Virus record (IMG/VR): IMGVR_UViG_3300027708_000013
Direction: 5' to 3' (one strand)
DNA from: a virus
Taxonomy: Duplodnaviria > Caudoviricetes
DNA length: 64,000 nt
This document shows positions 29,544-38,552 of this stretch, one piece after another (the first letter of the stretch is position 1; every line of letters begins with the position of its first letter). A program made the position numbers and the translations under genes. The notes under the pieces were generated by a model. The model made no database searches, was not told the DNA's origin, and saw only the letters and a program-made list of their open reading frames with translations.

Positions 29544-29936
29544 TTATCCTCGTCTCATCTTACTTATGTCAATTGCCTCTTCTTGACTAAAAACAGGAAC
29601 GCCATTGCTTTTGTGCAGTGTGGATATTCCCAGAACTTTTGATCCGGTATAGGTTTGATCTGACTTTTTGGTACAGGCTGTCCATCCTGTGTCTCTACTG
29701 GCAATGTAAGGAGTTTCTCTGCCGGGAGGAATCTTGGGACCACTGGTTAAAACTCCTGAGGTCATGGCACGTTGACGTCGACGTGCTTGATCTGCGATGC
29801 CCTGTTGTTTTAGGAAAGCCTGCCAGTCTCGGTCACGCTGTTCTGCTTCACGTTTTTGTTCGGCACTGGCCCATTTGCGTGGACCTTTTTTCCTACCGGT
29901 GGTTGTGAGTGCTGGGTGTGCTAGGTGCATGGTCAT
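29544..29936 (-). CDS. Basic hypothetical protein
   Basis: Likely start MTMHLAHP, 6 nt after a -10 box; C-terminal TLHKSNGVPV. Confidence 0.6.
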   Translation of the reverse strand: MTMHLAHPALTTTGRKKGPRKWASAEQKREAEQRDRDWQAFLKQQGIADQARRRQRAMTSGVLTSGPKIPPGRETPYIASRDTGWTACTKKSDQTYTGSKVLGISTLHKSNGVPVFSQEEAIDISKMRRG

Positions 29937-29942
29937 AAGTGT

Positions 29943-29971
29943 AGTATAGTTGAAGTTGAATAAAAAGTCAA
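29943..29971 (-). promoter_or_regulatory. sigma70-type promoter
   Basis: TTGACT-17-TATACT. Confidence 0.7.
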
Positions 29972-30330
29972 GTTGTTTTTTCAGCAATCTTGACTGGTTG
30001 AAAATCTGGTCCCATGAACAAGATTTGTTGATCTTCTATCAGGAATACGTGTCGTTGCCAACGCATGCACAACACCGTTCGTATTTCTTCCAGTGTGCGT
30101 CCCTGTGCAATAAATGTATTGTCACTGGTATCGTACCAAAAATAAACACCATCCAAGTGCTCAACAGTGACAGCATGCACATGGTCTTGAATCTTTTTTA
30201 TTGCATCACTGTCTTGCTGAATTGAGTCAACCAATTTCACATGTACAAAAGTGGCTAAAATGCGAAACATAACATACCAAACTGCCACCTTCAATAGAAA
30301 CACTACAAATTCTTGTAAAAAGTCCAGCAT
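29968..30330 (-). CDS. Hypothetical protein with N-terminal TM segment
   Basis: 120 aa ORF with AGGATGG RBS. Confidence 0.6.
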   Translation of the reverse strand: MLDFLQEFVVFLLKVAVWYVMFRILATFVHVKLVDSIQQDSDAIKKIQDHVHAVTVEHLDGVYFWYDTSDNTFIAQGRTLEEIRTVLCMRWQRHVFLIEDQQILFMGPDFQPVKIAEKTT

Positions 30331-30358
30331 ACCATCCTTTTAATTGTTGTTAATAGTA

Positions 30359-30387
30359 ATTATACAAGATTGTGATTTTTTGGTCAA
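30359..30387 (-). promoter_or_regulatory. sigma70-type promoter
   Basis: TTGACC-17-TATAAT. Confidence 0.75.
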
Positions 30388-31221
30388 CTAAATGTCAAAT
30401 CCCACAGTGGCATCAAAGGCATCGGCCACTGCTTCGTACCCAAAATAACCACGTGGGTTGCATAGAACTCGAGTAGTGCCAATCATGTAATCAAATGGAT
30501 CATGAGTATGCCCATGTGTCCAAAATTGAATCTGTGGATGACTGATGATAAAATCATCTAAATTACTGCTGTATCCACCATTCATCAAGGTGTCATGTTG
30601 ATACACAGGATGTGTGCTGAGTCTGCTGGGTGCATGGTGTGTGGCCACTACATACTTTTTATCAGGATTGTTTTCCACCACAGCACGAATGTATTCAAGA
30701 CTTTTTCTATGTTGACGTGCAGTGTATTCTGGTGTCAGTTTGTGATAGATATTGCGAACCGGATCCAGCATGGTGATGGCTCGGTAGTCACTCATGTTGA
30801 ATCGCAGATGATGTTCAGTCATGGGGTCACCGCTGTTGCAGTCGGTCCATAGTGTAGCACCCACAAAAGTCACATCGTCAATGGTGCGGCTTTCATTCTC
30901 CAATAAATGCACATTGTCGGGCAACTGATCTAAGATATGGGCTCCAGTTTTGTGAAACTGCATACGATAATGCTCGTGATTGCCCATGATGTAGATCACT
31001 TCTCTATACTTGCGGCTACACTCCTCTTCAATGAATCTATAGAATCTGTCGGGTCTGCGATCAGCACGTTCGTCAGGCATCATGACCATGTTGGGATCGT
31101 ACATATCACGTTTCAAGTTCTTGGCTTCCAAGATATCGCCACCCAGTATCAGCACATCGCCACCAGGCAATGTCAAATCACTGAACTCTAAATGCAGATC
31201 TGAAATTTGTGTCACACGCAT
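30388..31221 (-). CDS. Calcineurin-like metallophosphoesterase
   Basis: SDLHLE, GGDI, GNHE, THHAP, HGHTH. Confidence 0.93.
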   Translation of the reverse strand: MRVTQISDLHLEFSDLTLPGGDVLILGGDILEAKNLKRDMYDPNMVMMPDERADRRPDRFYRFIEEECSRKYREVIYIMGNHEHYRMQFHKTGAHILDQLPDNVHLLENESRTIDDVTFVGATLWTDCNSGDPMTEHHLRFNMSDYRAITMLDPVRNIYHKLTPEYTARQHRKSLEYIRAVVENNPDKKYVVATHHAPSRLSTHPVYQHDTLMNGGYSSNLDDFIISHPQIQFWTHGHTHDPFDYMIGTTRVLCNPRGYFGYEAVADAFDATVGFDI

Positions 31222-31224
31222 AAG

Positions 31225-31875
31225 TTAATCCCAAAGTGCTTGGAAATACAGTCCAAACAGTCTAAATCCATTTTGTTTACGTTGTTGATGTGCAGTTAAT
31301 CCTGCATGATCGACTTTTAATTTTTTCATACTTTCGTTGAAGTCTTTGACGCCGTTGCTCTCACTGTGGTCAAAGAATTCGCTTTCGTCATCATCTCGCA
31401 ACAGTTGTTCAAACGACCAAATCATTTCGTTGAGAACCCAGTCCCATCTGGCATGCCAAAGGCTGTCAGTGTCCCATTCATTTTCTTTGGCATCGGCATT
31501 GACGGACTTCAAAGCATCGGGCACATCCGCATCATCCACGTTGGGTGAGCCATGCTTGGTGTCACGTAACTGCTTCAACATGGGATGGATTATGTGTGCC
31601 AGAGTCGAATCCATGCTCCAGGTGTCGTACCTGTCAATTTTCACATAACGAATAGTTGGATTGATTACCTTACGGACTTTCTGTAATGCTTCACAGACGG
31701 GTGCTAAACGATTCGCCCATGGTTCAACCCAAGCAGGTCTGTCAATGAAATCTTGATCTTCCACAATGCCCTTATCTCTATGGCATCGGCTCCAATCAGT
31801 CCAGAAGAAGGCATAATCTATAACTGTATAAGGGCTCAACCAGTGGTTGGGATACCCATTCATGTACACTTTCAT
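31225..31875 (-). CDS. Hypothetical phage protein
   Basis: 216 aa ORF, coupled to neighbours. Confidence 0.65.
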   Translation of the reverse strand: MKVYMNGYPNHWLSPYTVIDYAFFWTDWSRCHRDKGIVEDQDFIDRPAWVEPWANRLAPVCEALQKVRKVINPTIRYVKIDRYDTWSMDSTLAHIIHPMLKQLRDTKHGSPNVDDADVPDALKSVNADAKENEWDTDSLWHARWDWVLNEMIWSFEQLLRDDDESEFFDHSESNGVKDFNESMKKLKVDHAGLTAHQQRKQNGFRLFGLYFQALWD

Positions 31876-32129
31876 TTTGTTTTATGCTCTTTCAAACGAT
31901 CTTCAAATTCCAATGCACTGGCTCTGATTTGAATCAATTGGTACAGGGCAAACGCCATTAACAATAACCCCAATGCCACCACCGCATCCGCAGAAGTGGG
32001 TTTAAAATAATTCAATGCTGTTATGATGCCAAAAGAAATTGTACCGCCCAACACCATTAGACCTGTTATTTGAACAGTGGCTCTAACTATATATTTGTTC
32101 ATTTTTGACTCCTTTAAATTATTTAACAT
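31872..32129 (-). CDS. Two-TM membrane protein
   Basis: Two hydrophobic helices; start at 32129 (leaderless) or 32102 (GGAG RBS). Confidence 0.6.
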   Translation of the reverse strand: MLNNLKESKMNKYIVRATVQITGLMVLGGTISFGIITALNYFKPTSADAVVALGLLLMAFALYQLIQIRASALEFEDRLKEHKTK

Positions 32130-32135
32130 ACTACT

Positions 32136-32164
32136 ATTATACTGTGATAGTGTTTTCTGGTCAA
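32136..32164 (-). promoter_or_regulatory. sigma70-type promoter
   Basis: TTGACC-17-TATAAT. Confidence 0.75.
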
Positions 32165-32412
32165 CCATTTTTCCTCAATCTATCAATAGCTCGCATCACC
32201 ACACCATCGTCGGTTTCGTAAAACAGTCTCGATTCCAAGGCCACACCCATGGCACCTGCTTCATCATCTATGATTCTTCGCACAGCGGGAAAATGGTTTA
32301 TCAAGGCCTGTCCCAATCTATAGTCGGGTGTTTGTAATTTTTGCCAAGTGTAGATTTGGAAAAACTCTTCCCATTCGGCTTCGGTGATGGTGCCGGGTAT
32401 CCAAGTGCTCAT
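32161..32412 (-). CDS. Small hypothetical protein
   Basis: 83 aa ORF at the end of the small-gene array. Confidence 0.55.
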   Translation of the reverse strand: MSTWIPGTITEAEWEEFFQIYTWQKLQTPDYRLGQALINHFPAVRRIIDDEAGAMGVALESRLFYETDDGVVMRAIDRLRKNG

Positions 32413-32672
32413 TCAGTGTCCTGGTTCAAAATATGCGAATACTTCAGTAGAAAAAATGTATGCTGTGCTTCATCGTAAAAATCCAACATGATTGGGGTTT
32501 CATAATATTGATGCAAATCTCGGTAATCTCGGTGCACACGAGTTGTAAATCCCAAATCTCTTCGCATGCAGGCACGTATCAACAACACACTGGGTGGATG
32601 GTTCTCCGCTATATTCTGCCGGATTTTTTGCCACTGGCTGTGGGTTAGTTCTATGGGTAGACTCAACTCCAC
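32409..32672 (-). CDS. Small paralogue, FxL(K/R)(W/Y) family
   Basis: ...DFYDEAQHTFFLLKYS. Confidence 0.65.
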   Translation of the reverse strand: MELSLPIELTHSQWQKIRQNIAENHPPSVLLIRACMRRDLGFTTRVHRDYRDLHQYYETPIMLDFYDEAQHTFFLLKYSHILNQDTE

Positions 32673-32899
32673 CTCAGGGCAAATAATGTGGCTCGTTTTG
32701 AACAGTCAAATTCCCACCGGGTGGAATATGTGATGTTACGCCAATGTGAACGATTGCCAAACTGTTTCCGACACCAATCAACAATTTCCTGGTGTTCGGC
32801 AACTCTCTCGTTCCAAGTTTGACCCCGCCATGTATGTTCAACAACATAACGCACCTGTCTTCGATTCCGTCTGCGTTGATGACTGTTCATGATGACCAC
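32663..32899 (-). CDS. Small paralogue, FxLRW family
   Basis: IVDWCRKQFG...FDCSKRATLFALRWS*. Confidence 0.7.
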   Translation of the reverse strand: MVIMNSHQRRRNRRQVRYVVEHTWRGQTWNERVAEHQEIVDWCRKQFGNRSHWRNITYSTRWEFDCSKRATLFALRWS

Positions 32900-33183
32900 C
32901 TCAATACGAACATGGTGTACAACTGTTCGTCTAGGATATAAACATGGTTATCAACGAAGTATCCTACTTGACGCCACGACCCCGGTGGGTGTTGTTCAAT
33001 CCACCGGGTAATTTCTTCATCTCGGTATCTCACTCTAACCGCACGGGATTCACCCCGATATGGTCCCAATACAAATCTAGGCCCTGTTTTCTCTAAGACT
33101 TTCTCTAAAACTTCCCGATCAATGTCATTTTTCATTTGTTTTGCCATTGCATTGATTATCGCATCTTCTGTAATCATAGCCAC
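32887..33183 (-). CDS. Small paralogue, FxLRW family
   Basis: ITRWIEQ...DEQLYTMFVLRWSS*. Confidence 0.7.
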   Translation of the reverse strand: MAMITEDAIINAMAKQMKNDIDREVLEKVLEKTGPRFVLGPYRGESRAVRVRYRDEEITRWIEQHPPGSWRQVGYFVDNHVYILDEQLYTMFVLRWSS

Positions 33184-33398
33184 CTCAATCTAAATAGTGT
33201 TGCATCTTCGGCTCGAGCAAAACAGTAAAAAATAGCATAGGGATCATCCTCCAGCCATTCTCGTTTCCAACAACCTTTTGGATTATCCATAGGATCCCAC
33301 GGTTCTCCAAAAATTTCTCTGCACCAGTGCCTTGCCTGTACCCACAGACTGTGCCGGTTGGTTTCTAGTCTTATAGCATGTTGCATCGTCATAGCCAC
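33174..33398 (-). CDS. Small paralogue, FxLRW family
   Basis: ARHWCREIFG...FARAEDATLFRLRWL*. Confidence 0.7.
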   Translation of the reverse strand: MAMTMQHAIRLETNRHSLWVQARHWCREIFGEPWDPMDNPKGCWKREWLEDDPYAIFYCFARAEDATLFRLRWL

Positions 33399-34239
33399 CT
33401 CAATCTAAACATGGTGGCATCTGTGTCTGACAACACTGTAACATACCATTCCGATAGTGGATTTTTTCATATTTTTATATTAATGTAATTATTATTAGTA
33501 TAGTTTAGTATCATTTCTTGCTTGCTCAACAACCAGTCTTTCATTTCCAATGAATCAAATTTTTCGTATACGAGAAACGGTGCGGGGTTTTCTTTTGTGA
33601 TTTCTAAAAAAGCCAGTTGCCAAATTCTAAAAAACTTTTGATTAACATTGATACTAAAATTAAATTTCAAGCAAGTACGTTTATAAGTTGCCAAGAGTTC
33701 TAAAAATCTTTCAAAAGTTATATAATTTTGTTTTTGATTATGCTCTAAGAAGTTACAAATAACTTGCCATGCTGTTTCAGGAGAATAAAATAAATCTTTC
33801 CAGTCAATTTGAAATTTGCCCGGACAATGATATCCCTGTATAAACCTAGACTGTATAAGCAACCACTGGAAGTCGTCCCAAGGATCCGTATACTTTTCGT
33901 ACGGGCATACTACTAATCTTTTTCCGTTGACTCTTTGATAACTCAACTCAAACAAAACTCTTTTATGTACATAAAGTTTCCAAAAATTATATTTGTAGTT
34001 GCCATTGCCGATCGATAATACAGAATCATCGGTATCAACATGATGAAAGGTTTCTATTAATGGCCTGTGCTGAGAGTAGGGGCGGTGAAAATTGGTGTTG
34101 TATTCTTTCCAGGTGGCATTTGGGACAATACAATATTCTAATAAATGACCTAACCATTCTCCGCCTGCTCCATGAGCATATGATACCTTGATCACAGCCA
34201 CCTCAATCTAAACATGGTTAACATGGTGGCATCTGTGTC
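33178..34239. repeat. Three copies of a direct repeat encoding ...FRLRWL*
   Basis: agccacctcaatctaaa at 33178, 33393 and 34196; the latter two extend to catggtggcatctgtgtc (34196 copy has a 9 nt insertion). Confidence 0.9.
33467..34201 (-). CDS. AT-rich hypothetical protein inserted in the paralogue array (sulfotransferase-like N-terminus)
   Basis: VSYAHGAGGEWLGHLL; flanked by the direct repeats. Confidence 0.6.
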   Translation of the reverse strand: MAVIKVSYAHGAGGEWLGHLLEYCIVPNATWKEYNTNFHRPYSQHRPLIETFHHVDTDDSVLSIGNGNYKYNFWKLYVHKRVLFELSYQRVNGKRLVVCPYEKYTDPWDDFQWLLIQSRFIQGYHCPGKFQIDWKDLFYSPETAWQVICNFLEHNQKQNYITFERFLELLATYKRTCLKFNFSINVNQKFFRIWQLAFLEITKENPAPFLVYEKFDSLEMKDWLLSKQEMILNYTNNNYINIKI

Positions 34240-34449
34240 CGATTCAAAATAAAACACCGCCACTCTATCGTAATTGTTTTCGACGAACATCCGTGGTTCC
34301 ATGATTTCGGCCCAGACCAAGCCCGAGCCCGAATCCCAACACCAAGTTTTCATTTCCCGCATGCTGGCCTTGGAATTTGTCAGAGTGACACAATGACAAC
34401 GATCCAGTACTGAATCCTTGGGGCGGAAATTATATGTGTTGTTGTGCAT
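34192..34449 (-). CDS. Small paralogue, FxLRW family
   Basis: MKTWCWD...FESDTDATMLTMFRLRWL*. Confidence 0.7.
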   Translation of the reverse strand: MHNNTYNFRPKDSVLDRCHCVTLTNSKASMREMKTWCWDSGSGLVWAEIMEPRMFVENNYDRVAVFYFESDTDATMLTMFRLRWL

Positions 34450-34693
34450 GTGTGCTGTATTTTAACCTATAGTAAGTCAGTGCTTCGCCTTCAAGTTCAG
34501 CGTAGATGCGTATGACAAACCCCATGGTCATGGCACTTGCATCGCAGTAAAATGTCAACTGTTCTGTACTGTGTGTTTTAACATAGTGGGCTTCCTCTGT
34601 GCGTTCCCATTCGGATATGGGACCTGCTGCATACAGGTAAGGATCTTCACAGTCACCCATGGCGATTTCTTTAACCAAGATGCCCCTACTCAT
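34430..34693 (-). CDS. Small paralogue, (F/Y)xLKY family
   Basis: ISEWERT...LEGEALTYYRLKYS. Confidence 0.6.
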   Translation of the reverse strand: MSRGILVKEIAMGDCEDPYLYAAGPISEWERTEEAHYVKTHSTEQLTFYCDASAMTMGFVIRIYAELEGEALTYYRLKYSTHAQQHI

Positions 34694-34944
34694 CGATTGA
34701 TCAATCCACCAGCAAACGCCACAGTGACTTCCTCGTCTGTTAATCTACGCCCGGCAGTTTTGAGTTGAAACATGAGTGCATCCTGCTCGTCAGGAAAGTG
34801 GAAATTCATATAATTCTCTGTGGGAGTGTAGGCCCATTTATCACCGTTCAAGCCATAAGTTTCCAATGTCCAAGTCAACAACTCGTTCCAAGCTTCGCCG
34901 TGACCATAAGTATTATGCCAAGGCACTTGTATGGTTATAGCCAT
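34690..34944 (-). CDS. Small paralogue, FxLK family
   Basis: LLTWTLETYG...FPDEQDALMFQLK. Confidence 0.65.
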   Translation of the reverse strand: MAITIQVPWHNTYGHGEAWNELLTWTLETYGLNGDKWAYTPTENYMNFHFPDEQDALMFQLKTAGRRLTDEEVTVAFAGGLINR

Positions 34945-35108
34945 CTCAGTCCAAACATTATGGCTGCTGATTCAGTGGGCAAGGAAAAAGTGTATCGAGT
35001 ATTGGGCCATTGATTTTGCCATGCCCAATTGCTGTGATAATGAGTGTTGCACCATTCAATAATGGCATATATGTTTCTGTTTCGACAATCCAAGGTTATA
35101 TCGGTCAT
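34935..35108 (-). CDS. Small paralogue, FxLRW family (57 aa, below the ORF-track cutoff)
   Basis: Manual translation MTDITLDCRNRNIYAIIEWCNTHY...LPTESAAIMFGLRWL*. Confidence 0.7.
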   Translation of the reverse strand: MTDITLDCRNRNIYAIIEWCNTHYHSNWAWQNQWPNTRYTFSLPTESAAIMFGLRWL

Positions 35109-35131
35109 GTCTTATTATAATACAAAATCAA

Positions 35132-35503
35132 TTACCGGTCTGTTGTTTTTAGTATATTCCACATCTTGCGTTTTTCCAAAAACTCCTGTTCACGCTGTTG
35201 GTACAGTTTGCCCAATTCTTCAAGTTCCGCAAATTCTTGTTCCAATTGGGGATTTCGAGTCAAGCGTCCCGGAATCAACAGGGCCGATTCGATGGCTCGG
35301 ATAGACGCCGTGACACTGACATCATTGATTCGAACATCGGCCCGGGGTCCACGGAGATCCAAACGTCCTGATCCCTCCTGATTACTCAGCTCACAGTGGT
35401 CGTTGAGCTGGGTTGACCCCCAAGCGCCGGTGGTGATTGCAGTGGGATTGGACACAGTTATGTTTCCGTAGGTGTAAGTGGGATTGTTGAATGTCATTGC
35501 CAT
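35132..35503 (-). CDS. Hypothetical protein
   Basis: Start MAMTFNN 6 nt after the -10 of TTGACA-18-TATACT (35510-35539). Confidence 0.6.
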   Translation of the reverse strand: MAMTFNNPTYTYGNITVSNPTAITTGAWGSTQLNDHCELSNQEGSGRLDLRGPRADVRINDVSVTASIRAIESALLIPGRLTRNPQLEQEFAELEELGKLYQQREQEFLEKRKMWNILKTTDR

Positions 35504-35547
35504 AGCACAAGTATACACAACTGCTGTACACTATGTCAATACTGATG

Positions 35548-35916
35548 TTACCAAGTGTAGAATCTCGGTGTGACCAGTAGCCAACCTATGTTGTCAAAAT
35601 CCGCAATGATTTCAGCTGTGACAAAACTTTCTTCTACAAATCCACAAAAATCCGTACCTTTGAATCCTGTGCCCGAACAGTACCAATTTATGTAACTGTT
35701 GTCATCGCGAATATCCGCCACCAGGTCCGCAGCATAACGCCAATTGCAATTCCAGGTGAGATTTTTAAGAATAGCCCACATGTCCTTGGGGGCAAAGTTG
35801 TTGTTACAAAGTGCAGCATACAAATTTTGAGCATAGATTTCTTGATCGCGTACCTTGTGTAACAACCACTCGGTACTGCGTATATCGCGTTCTAAGTTAA
35901 ACACTTGTCGAGGCAT
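35548..35916 (-). CDS. Hypothetical protein
   Basis: YAQNLYAALCNN...YINWYCSG; ATG 4 nt after TAAATA. Confidence 0.65.
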   Translation of the reverse strand: MPRQVFNLERDIRSTEWLLHKVRDQEIYAQNLYAALCNNNFAPKDMWAILKNLTWNCNWRYAADLVADIRDDNSYINWYCSGTGFKGTDFCGFVEESFVTAEIIADFDNIGWLLVTPRFYTW

Positions 35917-35987
35917 ACTGTATTTACTTTTATTTTTTAAAAGTCAAATTTGATAAATATTTATAATTACACACAATGGAGTTTTAA

Positions 35988-36413
35988 ATGACAAGTTTAA
36001 CTATAGCAATCACAAGAACTGCTAAACAAGCAGGAACATCAACACCTGATCAATTGATGCAGAACCCAACAGCAGAAATGTTAGCAACACTTCCCACATA
36101 CGGACATGATATCAACGCTGTATTAAGTCAATCTCAAATGGTACTTGCAAGACATGAATTTCTTGTTTCTAGTGTTTTTAAAATACCAGAAAATGGTACT
36201 ACTGAAACCACTGTAGATGGTGTCAAAGTTGTAACAACAACGTTTACAGTAGAAGACGTCAGCACTGTTCCTGGCTTGACTGCGGATAATGCTTATGACA
36301 TGTGTATCAGTACCCGACAAGCAGAAGCTGAATCACTTGGCCTTGGAGATTACTATGATTGGAGACAGAAATATTTTGATGATCATTTTATTACAACTCA
36401 CTCAACAACATAA
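35988..36413 (+). CDS. Hypothetical late protein, paralogue 1
   Basis: TAAATA at about 35954 and GGAG RBS; shares VPGLT.DNAYDMCISTRQ with the next gene. Confidence 0.7.
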   Translation: MTSLTIAITRTAKQAGTSTPDQLMQNPTAEMLATLPTYGHDINAVLSQSQMVLARHEFLVSSVFKIPENGTTETTVDGVKVVTTTFTVEDVSTVPGLTADNAYDMCISTRQAEAESLGLGDYYDWRQKYFDDHFITTHSTT

Positions 36414-36424
36414 AGGAGCTCTAA

Positions 36425-36847
36425 ATGACATCAATGAACATATTAGTTACAAGAACTGCTAAAGAAGTAGACCAGATTAACCCAAATCTTAGTTTGGATA
36501 ATGTCAATTTATCATCAATACCTTCATATGGATATGATCTTGCCAAAGTGATAGATCAACAAAAAATGTGGTCAGTGAGAGATCAGCTAAATTCTGCCAG
36601 TGTTTTTAAAGTGGCTGACTATGGTACTGATACCATTAATAATGAAGGAAAACATGTATTTACATTGACTTACGCCGTAAACGATATCTCAGCTGTGCCG
36701 GGTCTAACTGTGGATAACGCTTATGACATGTGTATCAGTACCAGACAAACCCAGGCCGAGGCATTAGGTGTAGGTGATTTCCAGGGATGGAGGCAAAAGT
36801 ATTTTGATGATCAGTTTACCACCACAGTGGTAGTAACTACCAATTGA
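36425..36847 (+). CDS. Hypothetical late protein, paralogue 2
   Basis: AAGGAG RBS; aligned motifs TRTAK, SVFK, DNAYDMCISTRQ, WRQKYFDD. Confidence 0.7.
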   Translation: MTSMNILVTRTAKEVDQINPNLSLDNVNLSSIPSYGYDLAKVIDQQKMWSVRDQLNSASVFKVADYGTDTINNEGKHVFTLTYAVNDISAVPGLTVDNAYDMCISTRQTQAEALGVGDFQGWRQKYFDDQFTTTVVVTTN

Positions 36848-36864
36848 TACATCAAGTTTCAAAC

Positions 36865-36889
36865 AAAAAGCCCACCGAGGTGGGCTTTT
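36865..36889. terminator. Bidirectional intrinsic terminator
   Basis: aaaaagcccacc-g-aggtgggctttt GC stem flanked by A and T runs, between convergent genes. Confidence 0.85.
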
Positions 36890-36909
36890 CAACAACGGTA
36901 AAATCTAGA

Positions 36910-37194
36910 TCAAACTAAACCTGCTGCCATGGCACGATATGCTGCGGCAACCATTTTACGGCTTGCTTCACCATAACGATACTCAGTTACATGAACACCG
37001 TTGCCAGCCACACGTGGGTTTGCATAGATAGCATAACCACGGTTACGAATAACTGAAATAGTAGCAGTTGGGTTTTTAATACCAAAACGCTTGGCAATAG
37101 CAGACTCGCTCAATGTTTCACGGTCAAGAACCAATGCTTTGAACAACTTACCCTGTTTTGTTTCTAGGTCAAATCTTTTTAAATTAACAGACAT
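36910..37194 (-). CDS. Winged helix-turn-helix protein
   Basis: LSESAIAKRFGIKNPTATISVIRNRGYAI pattern. Confidence 0.65.
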   Translation of the reverse strand: MSVNLKRFDLETKQGKLFKALVLDRETLSESAIAKRFGIKNPTATISVIRNRGYAIYANPRVAGNGVHVTEYRYGEASRKMVAAAYRAMAAGLV

Positions 37195-37276
37195 TTATTT
37201 CTCCTTTTAAGTTTGCTTGATTTCTCAATGCATGATGTTATTATGCACTAACTTATGGTGGATTACAACCTTCAGT

Positions 37277-37588
37277 TTAACCAATTGTATTGTGTTTGCT
37301 CAAAATCTCAATATCAGTTACATTCATTACACGAAAACTGCGCCATTCGTTGTTGTCCAAACAGAACACACTTAGGGTTTCTGGTTTGTACAACCGTGTG
37401 GTTTGATGTTCTTCTGTGACCACACGTGCCGGCATGGCTTCTGTACGCAAAGTGCAAGGCATGGTTCTCACTGATCCATCTATCTTGGTAAAAGTCACTG
37501 CACAATCGTATTCGGTGAGTACTGAACGCAGGTATCTATTTCTGCCATCCACATCTAATAATGCTAAAAACGTTTCTGTTTCTGTCAT
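37277..37588 (-). CDS. WYL-like / SH3 beta-barrel protein
   Basis: VTFTKIDGSVRTMPCTL...VFCLDNNEWRSFR. Confidence 0.75.
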   Translation of the reverse strand: MTETETFLALLDVDGRNRYLRSVLTEYDCAVTFTKIDGSVRTMPCTLRTEAMPARVVTEEHQTTRLYKPETLSVFCLDNNEWRSFRVMNVTDIEILSKHNTIG

Positions 37589-37589
37589 G

Positions 37590-38198
37590 TCATTCCCTTA
37601 TCAATATTGTTCCGTAGTCAGGATTGGCCCGAGTTGTTAAGATTCGATATCCTGAATTTAATAAAAAAGGCACCACTGCCGCCGACTTTCCAAAGAACTG
37701 TGCCCAGCTGGGTTCGTACCAAGTGTCGTCACACACAACCATGCTGTATCTGGCCATTTTGGGCAAGGCCAACATGATCTGTGCCAGGTGTGCTCGTTGA
37801 CTGTTGACATTGGTCATTTCCAGTCCCAGAGCTTGATATCTTGCTTGTTGCTCAAGTACAAAATCCTCGGTACGGTCTGGATGCCAGTCCCAATCAAAAT
37901 TATCCAAGTATAAAAAACTTATTTGATCGTTGATGTTGGCGAAATCATTTGCCAAATACGCTTCTCCGGTTTTATTCACCACCTCAACATTTTCCAATCC
38001 CCAAGACTGTACCAAAGCACAATTGATGGGATCTATGTCCACTGTGGTCAACCCGCCGGTGGAGCTGTATCGGTGAGCCCATTCGGCGATGATCTTTGTA
38101 CTGCCATCATCGCCGTTGCGGCTGGTGCCTATTTCAATATAACGACCGGGTGTCAAAGAATACAGATGTTGTTCGGCCTCTAAGAACACTCTGCCCAT
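37590..38198 (-). CDS. Class I SAM-dependent methyltransferase-like protein
   Basis: YIEIGTSR, TVDIDP, FLYLD, VVCDDT. Confidence 0.6.
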   Translation of the reverse strand: MGRVFLEAEQHLYSLTPGRYIEIGTSRNGDDGSTKIIAEWAHRYSSTGGLTTVDIDPINCALVQSWGLENVEVVNKTGEAYLANDFANINDQISFLYLDNFDWDWHPDRTEDFVLEQQARYQALGLEMTNVNSQRAHLAQIMLALPKMARYSMVVCDDTWYEPSWAQFFGKSAAVVPFLLNSGYRILTTRANPDYGTILIRE

Positions 38199-38366
38199 CA
38201 GTTGGAGCTCTCTTTTCTGTTGCCCTTGGTTCTGTTTCTGAGATTGGCGGACACTGCCTGTGCCAGGCTCTTGTAATGACTTCTCAACAAGGCTCGGTCA
38301 GTGACGCGACTCACTGTTAATTTATCTTCTTTGGTTAATAGCACTGCTCTTGGATCGTATGCCATG

Positions 38367-38552
38367 TTAATTTCCTTTTCTTTGTCTACATTGTTGTTGT
38401 ACTTCTACTGGTATGTCTGGATGCCACCCACCTATCAGCATGCCGCAATTGTATTGTACTGTAACTGTGTTAAGCTCTGCAAGGCGTATGAGCACAATAA
38501 AAACAATCATGATGCCTGCCACCAAAGCAGAAATAGATAACAATAGTTTCAT
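38367..38552 (-). CDS. Small membrane-anchored protein
   Basis: N-terminal TM, YNC...WHPDIP..V..QC. Confidence 0.55.
   Translation of the reverse strand: MKLLLSISALVAGIMIVFIVLIRLAELNTVTVQYNCGMLIGGWHPDIPVEVQQQCRQRKGN

Noticed and set aside
33178-34239. Integron attC sites or a CRISPR array
   Set aside because: The repeats are coding, non-palindromic and irregularly spaced; no integrase or cas gene is in the window.
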